Under the pieces are notes generated by a model. It was given only the letters and a program-made list of their open reading frames with translations. It was not told the DNA's origin and searched no databases. A stretch of 64,000 nucleotides of DNA, from assembly GCA_965217275.1 (NCBI GenBank), contig OZ244400.1:4931129-4995128 (forward strand), read 5' to 3'. The stretch comes from Cyclobacteriaceae bacterium (GTDB taxonomy: Bacteria; Bacteroidota; Bacteroidia; Cytophagales; Cyclobacteriaceae). A program made the translations under genes and the position numbers. This document shows, one piece after another, positions 45,446-53,602 of the stretch; position 1 is the stretch's first letter; each line of letters starts with the position of its first letter.

Positions 45446-47041
45446 ATGAAAAATATACTCAAAACCACCGGTTGCCTCCTGGCTGCCCTGCTGCTGTTTA
45501 GCCGGTGCCAGGATGATTTCCTGGACGTGGCGAATCCGAACGAGATTGACGCCAAGAATTTCTTCCAGAGCATGAGCGACCTGGAGCTGGTGCTCACCAG
45601 CGTGTACGCCGCCCAGAAATCCGAAGAAACCTACGGGGCCGACTTTCTGCCCAAGGTATCGTACGGACTGCCCAAGACGGCCAACCAAGACTGGCTGGGC
45701 ACCGACGGCTGGAACCAGATGTACCGCAACGAGGTGACCCCGGGCAACGACCTGATCGACAACTTCTGGCGCGGCTTCTACCGCGGCGTGGCCCGCACCA
45801 ACGATTTCCTGACCAACGTAGACCGTTTTGTGGAAGAGAACCAGGCGACGCTTTCGCCTGATAACCTGGCCCGCATCGAGGTGATGCGGGGCGAAGCCCG
45901 CTACTGGCGCGCCTTCGACTACTTTCACCTGATTCGGCTGTGGGGCGAAAAAGGACCCGCCGTGAATGCCAGTGCCGCTGGCGTTCCCCTGATTCTGGAA
46001 GTGGCCCCCACCCGCGATGATATGTTCGTGAGTCGGGCTACCGTAGGCGAGGTGTATCAGCAGATTATCGCCGACCTGCAAGCGGCCGAAGCGGCCCTGC
46101 CCGACAGTTGGGAGGGGGAGAACATCGCGCGTGTGGATGCCTACGCCGCCAAGATGACCCTGGCCGAGGTCTACATGAACTTCAACGACTACGCCACCGC
46201 CAACGGCTACCTGGAGCAGATCGTGAACAACGGCGAGTTCTCGCTGGTGCCTTTTGAGGACTACCAAGACTTGTTTAACGGCGAGAACGAGTTCAGCTCC
46301 GAATCGCTGCTGGAGATCAATTTCTCTACCGACTTGCAGGAGAACATGTGGCAGGGCGGACTGGGCACCAATCTGGCGTTGCAGATTGCCCCCAAAGGCA
46401 CCGGGTGGAGCAACGTGTATCCGCACGACGTGAACGTGCTGCGCTTCGGCGACGATCCGCGCCTGCGCGTGAACATGCTGGAGCCCGGCGTGGACTCGGT
46501 GGTGTTCGGCGACGGCGAGTGGAAGATCCTGGAGCGCATGGTAGGCGACGAAGGGGCACTGGGTTGGAGCTTCAAGAAGTACGTACCCATCGAGTATTCG
46601 GTGTACTCTACCAACCGCAACTTCGGCGCCAACGTGATCGTGTATCGCCTGGCGGGTGCCTACCTGATGTACGCCGAAGCGCAGAACGCCCTGGGCAACG
46701 ACGCTGTAGCATTGGACTACGTGAACCGGGTGCGCCGCCGCGCCTACGGAGGCGATCCGGGCACCCCATCGGCCGAGGCCGACCTGACCGGACTGAGCGG
46801 CACCGCCCTGCGCGACGCCATCCGCGAGGAACGCTTTCTGGAATTGTTCGCCGAAGGGCACCGCTGGTACGACCTGATCCGCTGGGGCATTGCCGCCGAA
46901 GAGGTGGCCAAGTACCCCACCGTGCGCTCGGGTCCGGTGATCTTCAACGAGCGTGACTACTACTTCCCGATTCCGCAGGACGAACTGGATGCCAACCCCA
47001 ACATGCAGCAGAGCACCGGCTACGGCGGCGACGGCGGTTGA
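45446..47041 (+). CDS. RagB/SusD-family nutrient-binding outer membrane lipoprotein
   Basis: Lipobox LLLFSRC. SusD-like TPR core (..RGEARYWRAFDYFHLIRLWG.. and ..ERFLELFAEGHRWYDLIRWG..). Immediately follows susC. Confidence 0.9.
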   Translation: MKNILKTTGCLLAALLLFSRCQDDFLDVANPNEIDAKNFFQSMSDLELVLTSVYAAQKSEETYGADFLPKVSYGLPKTANQDWLGTDGWNQMYRNEVTPGNDLIDNFWRGFYRGVARTNDFLTNVDRFVEENQATLSPDNLARIEVMRGEARYWRAFDYFHLIRLWGEKGPAVNASAAGVPLILEVAPTRDDMFVSRATVGEVYQQIIADLQAAEAALPDSWEGENIARVDAYAAKMTLAEVYMNFNDYATANGYLEQIVNNGEFSLVPFEDYQDLFNGENEFSSESLLEINFSTDLQENMWQGGLGTNLALQIAPKGTGWSNVYPHDVNVLRFGDDPRLRVNMLEPGVDSVVFGDGEWKILERMVGDEGALGWSFKKYVPIEYSVYSTNRNFGANVIVYRLAGAYLMYAEAQNALGNDAVALDYVNRVRRRAYGGDPGTPSAEADLTGLSGTALRDAIREERFLELFAEGHRWYDLIRWGIAAEEVAKYPTVRSGPVIFNERDYYFPIPQDELDANPNMQQSTGYGGDGG

Positions 47042-47151
47042 TCTACATTTCTTTCGGGCACTTCTGGTGCGCGTTTGCAACGCGTACGATTTGTAACGAG
47101 TGCTAACATGGAAAGCCCAAGATTTGGGTGAGGTAAACTATAAGTTATACC

Positions 47152-47292
47152 TCATCATTCAAGATTCATCATTCCTTGCGCCCGGCGCCCGGTTCGATAT
47201 TGTACAACACCGAACAAGGAGTTACGAATGATGAATTTCGAAGTAAACAGTCTATCCAAAGCGGCTTGTGGAAACACAAGCCGCTTTTTTTT
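47152..47292 (+). repeat. copy 1 of a ~110-140 nt dispersed intergenic repeat (TCATCATTCCTTG..TTCGATATT..GAACAAGGA..GAATGATGA..AGTCTATCC..hairpin)
   Basis: Collinear with 47981-48090. Carries an extra CGCCCGGCGCCCGG insert and ends in the terminator-like hairpin. Confidence 0.75.
47259..47292 (+). terminator. rho-independent terminator downstream of susD
   Basis: AAGCGGCTTGTG-GAAA-CACAAGCCGCTT followed by TTTTTTTT. Confidence 0.8.
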
Positions 47293-47337
47293 GGCCCGTC
47301 AGCATACCCCGGTAATCGTTCTGAGCCGCGTTCTCCT

Positions 47338-47925
47338 TTATAACTTGATCAAGCTATAGTAAAGCGAAAGCTGCAGTACCCGGTTGGGCAGGATGATTAT
47401 TTCGTCGGCCAGGTTTCCCTGTTTGTCCGTAAACTGAACCTCTTCGCCATAGACACTATTTATTCCTAGCACGTATCTAACCCCCACCCTCAACTCATCG
47501 GTGATCGCGAACCCTACTCCCAGATTGAGACTAAGATCAAGGATACTATGGTAGTCTCTATTCGCTAGCAAGTAACCAAGTTCTAATCCGCTCTCAATAC
47601 TCAATCGATCCATCGGCTTGTAGCCGAGCATGACCGGAAGGACAACGTAAGGCAGGTTGAGGGTGCCGTCCTCAAACCTCCCTCCCTTGTTAGAATATTG
47701 AAGTTCAGGCTGAATAAACAGCTTTTCAGTGAGCGGGGCGTGCAGGTACCCACCGACGTGGAATGCGGCTTTGTAGTCGGAACCCAGCACGCCGTAGCTT
47801 TCGTCTACGCTCAATGCGGTGATCTTAGCGTAGTTGAGTCCGCCCTTCACCCCCCAGGTGGTTTGAGCGCTCACCCGACTCGCAACTGCGATAACTATGA
47901 TTGATAAGAAAATCTTCATCATCAT
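47338..47925 (-). CDS. outer membrane beta-barrel (porin-family) protein
   Basis: Signal peptide MMMKIFLSIIVIAVASRVSAQ. Alternating beta-strand pattern with a C-terminal aromatic (..LQLSLYYSLIKL). Confidence 0.7.
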   Translation of the reverse strand: MMMKIFLSIIVIAVASRVSAQTTWGVKGGLNYAKITALSVDESYGVLGSDYKAAFHVGGYLHAPLTEKLFIQPELQYSNKGGRFEDGTLNLPYVVLPVMLGYKPMDRLSIESGLELGYLLANRDYHSILDLSLNLGVGFAITDELRVGVRYVLGINSVYGEEVQFTDKQGNLADEIIILPNRVLQLSLYYSLIKL

Positions 47926-47980
47926 TTTCTCTGGTAAACGATTCTGTTCTTACACGAAAGCATTCACTGCAGGCTACACT

Positions 47981-48090
47981 TTATCATTCATCATTCATCA
48001 TTCCTTGTTCGATATTATAGAATATTGAACAAGGAATGATGGTCTCGAAGTGGAATAGTCTATCCCCGCGGCTTGGGTCTTGCGGGGCCG
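47981..48090 (+). repeat. copy 2 of the dispersed intergenic repeat; contains a 21-bp-stem hairpin
   Basis: CATCATTCCTTGTTCGATATT (47996-48016), loop ATAG, AATATTGAACAAGGAATGATG (48021-48041), with one mismatch. Then ..TCGAAGTGGAATAGTCTATCCCCGCGGCTTGGG.. Confidence 0.8.
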
Positions 48091-48124
48091 CCTAGGCAAG
48101 CTGCAAGGGTGGACTATTTTTCTT

Positions 48125-48760
48125 CTACCGCACCAGGATGCCGAACGCCTCCAGCTTCTGGGGCGACTTCTTGAACGCCAACCGGGCCACCTTGCGGAAT
48201 TCCGACAACCATTCTCGCAACTCCTGCTGCGCCTGCTTCTTGCGTTGGGTGGCATCCTCGGCGTCTCCCTTAATGCGCGCCTGTTCTTCACGCAGCGCGA
48301 CAATGGCTTGCAAAGCGGCCTGGCTTTGGGCCAGTTCTTCGGACGTTACCCCCTGGGGTGCCAGCCGGGCCGCGTGCGGAGTGATGCGCTCGTAGAATGC
48401 GTTGGCCTGTTTCAACCAGGCATCCTCGGTCCGCTCCAGGCGCTGCACGTTGAGTTGGTGCAGCATCGGGGCATCCTTGCGAAACACGAAGCGGGCCACC
48501 TTCACATGCTCCACGAACTGCTCGCGGGTAGTCTTCAGTTCGTCCTTAATCCGGTGGTTCAAAGCCCACTGGCTCTCATAATACTGCTCTTGGGCGCGGC
48601 ACTGCTCGGTGCAGTTGGTTAGCAGGCCCTGGCCTTGCTTGACCTGCTGGGGCGTGAATCCGTACTTGGCCAGTGCTTGCTGGGCTTGCTTGTCGGCCAG
48701 GGTGTTGTTCACCGATAGGCGGGAGGCCTTGAGCAAATCGTCAAATGCGTCGGTTTTCAT
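48125..48760 (-). CDS. hypothetical all-helical protein
   Basis: 211-aa ORF with good coding appearance. No motif recognised. Divergent from the PD-(D/E)XK gene. Confidence 0.45.
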   Translation of the reverse strand: MKTDAFDDLLKASRLSVNNTLADKQAQQALAKYGFTPQQVKQGQGLLTNCTEQCRAQEQYYESQWALNHRIKDELKTTREQFVEHVKVARFVFRKDAPMLHQLNVQRLERTEDAWLKQANAFYERITPHAARLAPQGVTSEELAQSQAALQAIVALREEQARIKGDAEDATQRKKQAQQELREWLSEFRKVARLAFKKSPQKLEAFGILVR

Positions 48761-48885
48761 ATCTTCTGGTAAGTTTGTTTAGGGCAAAGAAAGCAAGCCG
48801 TTTTCTGCGATGCTCGATCCATTCGCATCACTCCTTACACCGGTACCATCGGGAACAAAGTGCTAAAAAGGGGCGCGGCGGACCC

Positions 48886-48902
48886 GATGCTCCGGGAGCA
48901 TC
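48886..48902. repeat. perfect 17-nt palindrome GATGCTCCGGGAGCATC (copy 1), followed by hairpin CACCGTCGCCGCGCTATCGGCGACGGTG
   Basis: Read directly. Shared context CCGATGCTCCGGGAGCATCACC..GCCGC with copy 2. Confidence 0.9.
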
Positions 48903-49054
48903 ACCGTCGCCGCGCTATCGGCGACGGTGAAACACGGGCGTTTCTTTACATCGGCCGACGCGGCGGGGGTAATTTCTTACATCTCCGGCATCGACGAAGG
49001 GTTAAATGACCCGCAACGGCCATGTTAGAGGGCAAAAGTGAGTGCGTTGGTGCC

Positions 49055-49071
49055 GATGCTCCGGGAGCATC
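49055..49071. repeat. perfect 17-nt palindrome GATGCTCCGGGAGCATC (copy 2)
   Basis: Direct repeat of copy 1, 169 nt downstream in the same non-coding region. Confidence 0.9.
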
Positions 49072-49196
49072 ACCTCTGCCGCACTTGATTTTGCTGACCA
49101 ACCGACGGCGATTCGGGGGCAACCGAGAGCCGTGCGTGGCGCAACACGCTAACAAAGGCATTGAACCGGGCTAGGCTTTTGCGTATCTTTGGTGGC

Positions 49197-50921
49197 ATGA
49201 AACTTCCCTATGGCATCAGCCACTTCCCCACCCTCGTGCAGGACGGCTACTACTACGTAGACAAGACCCCCTACCTGGCACAGATGGAAGCGGCTCCCGA
49301 AAAGTACGTCTTCTTCTTGCGGCCCCGCCGATTCGGAAAAAGTCTGTTCGTTTCGTTGCTGGAACACTACTACGGGCAGCAGCACCGCGACCGCTTTGCC
49401 GCGTTATTTGGGGCCTACCACGTAGGGCAGCACCCCACGCCCCTGGCCAACCGCTACCAGATGCTCAAGTTCGACTTCAGCCGCATCGATACGGCCACTT
49501 CCGAAAGCACGTTTCGGGGGTTCTTCTCCAACGTGAAGAGCGGCGTACGCATGTTCGCGCATACCTACGGCTTTTCGCCCGAAGAAACGCAGCAGGTCCT
49601 CGAGGCCGAGTCGCCCGACGACATGTTGAAAATCCTCTTTGACCTGATCCGCATCCGGGGTTCCAAACAGGTCTACCTGCTCATCGACGAATACGACCAT
49701 TTTGCCAACGAACTAATTGCCTTTGACTTTAGCAACTTCAATAGCTTTGTGACCCGCAATGGCTTCGTGCGCAAGTTCTACGAAGCTATTAAAACCGGCA
49801 CCGGCGAGGGCGTGGTCGACCGCCTGTTCGTCACCGGGGTGAGTCCCATCACGCTAGACAGCCTCACCAGCGGCTTCAACATCGCGGCGCACCTGAGCAC
49901 CAGCCGCCTCCTGAACGAGCTGATGGGCTTCACCGAGGAAGAAGTTACCCGGCTATTTGAAGTGGCTTGCCCCGGGCACGATATTTCTCTTATCCGGGAT
50001 GACCTGAGAAAGTGGTACAATGGGTATTTATTCAGCGGAGCCGCAACTTCGCGGGTATACAACTCAGATATGATCCTTTACTTCCTCAAGGAATATCAAA
50101 AGAATCAGTGCCAAACCTATCCCGACAAGATCATCGACGTCAATATCGCCAGTGACTACGGTAAGATTCGGCGGTTGTTTGCCGTAAAGGATAAGGCGCA
50201 AAACTACCGCACCCTGGAGAAGCTCATCAAAGAAGGGCAAGTCACTTCGCTGCTTACCCAGCAGTTTAGCTTCGAGAAGCGCTTCGACGAGCAAGACTTC
50301 GTCAGCCTGCTGTTTTATCTGGGCTTTGTCACCATTGAGCGGGAGGAGCTGGGACAGTTGATCTTTCGCGTACCCAACTACGTGATCGCCCAACTATTCT
50401 CAGAATACTTTATCCAGCTCATCGACGAACAGGCATCGCTATCCGCTTCCATCACTGACATCCAAGGAATGGTGATCAAGATGGCACAAGAGAACGACGT
50501 GCAGCCCTTTATTCAACTCATTGAGCAAACTTTGCAGGGCTTGTCGAACCGCGACTTCATTCAGTTCGATGAGAAATACATCAAGGTGCTCTTCGTCGGC
50601 TTTGCCAACCTGGCCAATCTCTACTACGTGAAAAGCGAACTAGAGGTGGGGCAGAAGTACGTGGACGTGTTGTTTCTTTATCGCCCACCTCATTTTCCGA
50701 AGTATCAGTTTGTGTTTGAGATCAAGTACCTCAAGAAAAAGGATGCCGCCCGGCTGGATGCGGTTCGGGAAGAAGCGGTTGCGCAACTCCGGGGCTACTT
50801 GGGCAGCCCGGAACTGCAAGCGTTTATCAACCGCCCGGGGCGGGGCATGGAGACGGTGCGGGCCTACGTGGTGGTTTTTGTCGGCGAACAGGCCCAGGTG
50901 GTGGAGGAACTTCTATCTTAA
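49197..50921 (+). CDS. AAA-ATPase-like domain protein with C-terminal PD-(D/E)XK nuclease domain (Bacteroidota DUF1703/PDDEXK_9 type)
   Basis: Hallmark N-terminus MKLPYGISHFPTLVQDGYYYVDKTPY..FFLRPRRFGKSLFVSLLEHYY. C-terminal ..YVDVLFLY...FVFEIKYLKK.. nuclease-like core. ATG 49197 preferred. Confidence 0.8.
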   Translation: MKLPYGISHFPTLVQDGYYYVDKTPYLAQMEAAPEKYVFFLRPRRFGKSLFVSLLEHYYGQQHRDRFAALFGAYHVGQHPTPLANRYQMLKFDFSRIDTATSESTFRGFFSNVKSGVRMFAHTYGFSPEETQQVLEAESPDDMLKILFDLIRIRGSKQVYLLIDEYDHFANELIAFDFSNFNSFVTRNGFVRKFYEAIKTGTGEGVVDRLFVTGVSPITLDSLTSGFNIAAHLSTSRLLNELMGFTEEEVTRLFEVACPGHDISLIRDDLRKWYNGYLFSGAATSRVYNSDMILYFLKEYQKNQCQTYPDKIIDVNIASDYGKIRRLFAVKDKAQNYRTLEKLIKEGQVTSLLTQQFSFEKRFDEQDFVSLLFYLGFVTIEREELGQLIFRVPNYVIAQLFSEYFIQLIDEQASLSASITDIQGMVIKMAQENDVQPFIQLIEQTLQGLSNRDFIQFDEKYIKVLFVGFANLANLYYVKSELEVGQKYVDVLFLYRPPHFPKYQFVFEIKYLKKKDAARLDAVREEAVAQLRGYLGSPELQAFINRPGRGMETVRAYVVVFVGEQAQVVEELLS

Positions 50922-50962
50922 GTGCCTGGGTTTGGCTATCTTTGTTCAAAAAGAATCAAGTC

Positions 50963-51916
50963 ATGGCAAAACAATTGATCCGCTTCGACTGGGCAATTAA
51001 AAAGTTGCTGCGTGACAAAGCGAACTTTGGCATCCTGGAAGGTTTCCTGACCGTGTTGCTGGGCGAACCCATCAAGATAGAACGCATCCTGGAAAGCGAG
51101 AGCAACCAAGAGAGCGAAGGCGACCGGCACAACCGGGTGGATATGCTGGTCAAGAACCAGAAAGACGAACTGATCATCATCGAGGTGCAGAACAGCAAGC
51201 AGTATGATTATTTCCATCGGATGATCTACGGGACATCGAAGGTTATTTCGGAATACATTCAGAAAGGTGAGCCGTACGCAAACGTTAAGAAGGTGATCTC
51301 GGTCACGATTGCTTACTTTGACTTGGGGCAAGGTGAAGATTACGTATACCACGGCACCAACGAGTTTCATGGTATTCACAAGCACGACGTGCTCACACTG
51401 GCCGACCAGCAGAAAGCGCTCTATGACAAGCAGGCGGTATACGAGATTTTCCCCGAGTACTGGATTATCAAAGCCGAGAAGTTCGACAACCAGGTGAGCG
51501 ATAAGCTGGACGAATGGATTTACTTTCTTAAGAACAGTGAGGTACGGGAAGACTTCACGGCCCCGGGCTTGGACGAGGCCCGAGAAAAGCTGGATGAGTT
51601 ACGCATGAACGACGAAGAGCGAGCCAATTACAAATGGTATCTAAAAAGATTGCGCGACATCGCCAGTGAACAGCACACCAAAGTGGCTGATATGCAGCAG
51701 TTGATCAAAGAAACCGAAGAGGAAGCACGTGAGAAAGGCATAAGGGAGGGATTGGAACAAGGACGAGAACAGGGACTGGAGCAGGGCAGAGAGCAAGAAA
51801 GAATAGAGACTGCCAAAAAACTGCTTGCGCTGAAGATAGATAATCAGACCGTAGCGCAAGCAACTGGCCTCACCACGGCTCAACTGGAAGCTTTGGGAAA
51901 GGAGTTGGAACGATAA
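50963..51916 (+). CDS. Rpn-family recombination-promoting nuclease / putative transposase (YhgA-like, PDDEXK_2)
   Basis: N-terminal ..IRFDWAIKKLLRDKANFGILEGFL.., ..RVDMLVKN..IIIEVQN.. nuclease core, and a C-terminal EGLEQGREQGLEQGREQ repeat with the ..AKKLLA.. tail typical of the family. Confidence 0.85.
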   Translation: MAKQLIRFDWAIKKLLRDKANFGILEGFLTVLLGEPIKIERILESESNQESEGDRHNRVDMLVKNQKDELIIIEVQNSKQYDYFHRMIYGTSKVISEYIQKGEPYANVKKVISVTIAYFDLGQGEDYVYHGTNEFHGIHKHDVLTLADQQKALYDKQAVYEIFPEYWIIKAEKFDNQVSDKLDEWIYFLKNSEVREDFTAPGLDEAREKLDELRMNDEERANYKWYLKRLRDIASEQHTKVADMQQLIKETEEEAREKGIREGLEQGREQGLEQGREQERIETAKKLLALKIDNQTVAQATGLTTAQLEALGKELER

Positions 51917-52011
51917 ATCACTCATGCAAAGCGTTAGAAACTCTGCCCGAATGCGCTAGTTTTATTGCCCATGAATGAGATCACCGGAAGCAGTTGAATC
52001 CTGAAGGGAGA

Positions 52012-53529
52012 ATGAGGCACTTTACATTATCTCCTTTGCTGCTTGCCGCTGGTTGTTTCGGGTTGCTCACGTCCGCGTGCTCACCCACGTCTGAACAGTC
52101 CGCTTGGTCTGCTGGCGAAACCCTGGCCCGCGCCCACTGCGGCAGTTGCCACCAGTTTGCTGAACCCGCACTGCTAGACCAGGCCACCTGGCGGGAGGAC
52201 GTGCTGCCGGTGATGGGCCTGCACCTGGGATTGCTGGACGCCCCCAGCCCCGCCGCCCAACAAAACCTACAAACCCTGCTGCTGGAGGGTAACTACCCTA
52301 CCCAGCCGCAGTTGTCAATGGCTGAGTGGGAAAAAATCAAAGCCTACTACCAAGCCGATGCCCCGGCGCAGCTAGACCTTCCGACACCTGTTCCGCTGCC
52401 GCTCACCGACCGCTTTGTCGAGCGCGAAGTACCTGTCAGCCGGTCAGCCCCGCCGGGCATCACCTGCGTGCGGATCGACACCCTCACCAACCGCCTCTAC
52501 GCCGCCGACGCCGGAGTGCAAACCCTGTTCGACGTGGACCCGTTCAGGGGAGAAGCCAAGGCGATTCTTCAACAACCCACCGTCAGCGCTCTCACCTGGG
52601 TAGGGTCGTCGGGCGACTTGCTGGTCACCCACCTGGGTTTTTCGGTCCAGCCGAAAGAGAGATCCGAAGGCTACGTATCAATGGTTGAAGCCATCACCCC
52701 TTGGCTGTCGGCACTAGCGCGCCCTACCCAAACCCTCACCGTCGATCTGAGTGGCGACGCTACGGAAGAGTTGCTGACCTGTAACTTCGGCTACCGCACC
52801 GGTCGTTTGTCCTACTGGAAGTTGCAAGACGATGGCACCTATCAGGAGCAGGTGTTGCGCAACGAACCGGGAGCGCTCATGGCCGAAGTGCGCGACCTAA
52901 CCGGAAACGGGCGCAACGACATTGTAGCGCTCTTTGCCCAGGCCGACGAGAAGCTGATGCGCTACGACAACCAGGGCGACGGGCAGTTCCGGGAACGGGT
53001 GCTGCTGCAGTTTCCGGCTTCCTACGGTTCTACCTCCTTTGAGTTGCACGACTTCAACGGCGACGGGCACCTGGACATTCTCTATACCTGCGGCGACAAT
53101 GCCGACCACTCGATGATACTGAAGCCCTACCACGGGGTGTACCTGTTCTTCAACCAGGGCGACTGGACTTTCAAGCAAGCGTACTTCTTCCCCATGCACG
53201 GAGCCTATCGGGCCATGGCGCGCGACTACGACCGGGACGGCGACCTGGACATTGCGGCAATTGCCTTCTTCGCTGATTATGCGCAGCAGCCCGAACGGGG
53301 GTTCGTGTACCTGGAAAACCAGGGCGACCTCGGCTTTGTGGCTAGCACCCGCCCGATCCACACCGCCGGGCGGTGGATCACCATGGATGCCAACGACCTG
53401 GATGGCGACGGGGACGATGATATTGTGCTGGGTAGTTACACCGTTGGCCCACCCTTCGGCACGGCGCTCGACGCCTGGAAGAACCACTCGGGCGTGCTGT
53501 GGCTAGAGAACACCACCACTCGCCGGTAG
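52012..53529 (+). CDS. lipoprotein with a CxxCH haem-binding motif and FG-GAP/VCBS repeats
   Basis: Lipobox LLAAGC or LTSAC. HCGSCHQF. Repeats DLTGNGRNDIV, DFNGDGHLDIL, DYDRDGDLDIA, DLDGDGDDDIV. Confidence 0.7.
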   Translation: MRHFTLSPLLLAAGCFGLLTSACSPTSEQSAWSAGETLARAHCGSCHQFAEPALLDQATWREDVLPVMGLHLGLLDAPSPAAQQNLQTLLLEGNYPTQPQLSMAEWEKIKAYYQADAPAQLDLPTPVPLPLTDRFVEREVPVSRSAPPGITCVRIDTLTNRLYAADAGVQTLFDVDPFRGEAKAILQQPTVSALTWVGSSGDLLVTHLGFSVQPKERSEGYVSMVEAITPWLSALARPTQTLTVDLSGDATEELLTCNFGYRTGRLSYWKLQDDGTYQEQVLRNEPGALMAEVRDLTGNGRNDIVALFAQADEKLMRYDNQGDGQFRERVLLQFPASYGSTSFELHDFNGDGHLDILYTCGDNADHSMILKPYHGVYLFFNQGDWTFKQAYFFPMHGAYRAMARDYDRDGDLDIAAIAFFADYAQQPERGFVYLENQGDLGFVASTRPIHTAGRWITMDANDLDGDGDDDIVLGSYTVGPPFGTALDAWKNHSGVLWLENTTTRR

Positions 53530-53602
53530 CCAAATCGGCAGTATTCTGGCCAAACAGTGGCATTTCTGCCGGAGGCGTAGTACCTTTTGGCAAATCCTTT
53601 GT

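Noticed and set aside
45431..47080. 549-aa ORF on the minus strand covering the whole susD gene
   Set aside because: It is antisense to a gene with strong SusD-family features. Its sequence is low-complexity (G/A/V/H/Q-rich), typical of spurious antisense frames in GC-rich coding DNA. The same reasoning applies to 46348..46956, 44660..45283 and similar ORFs.
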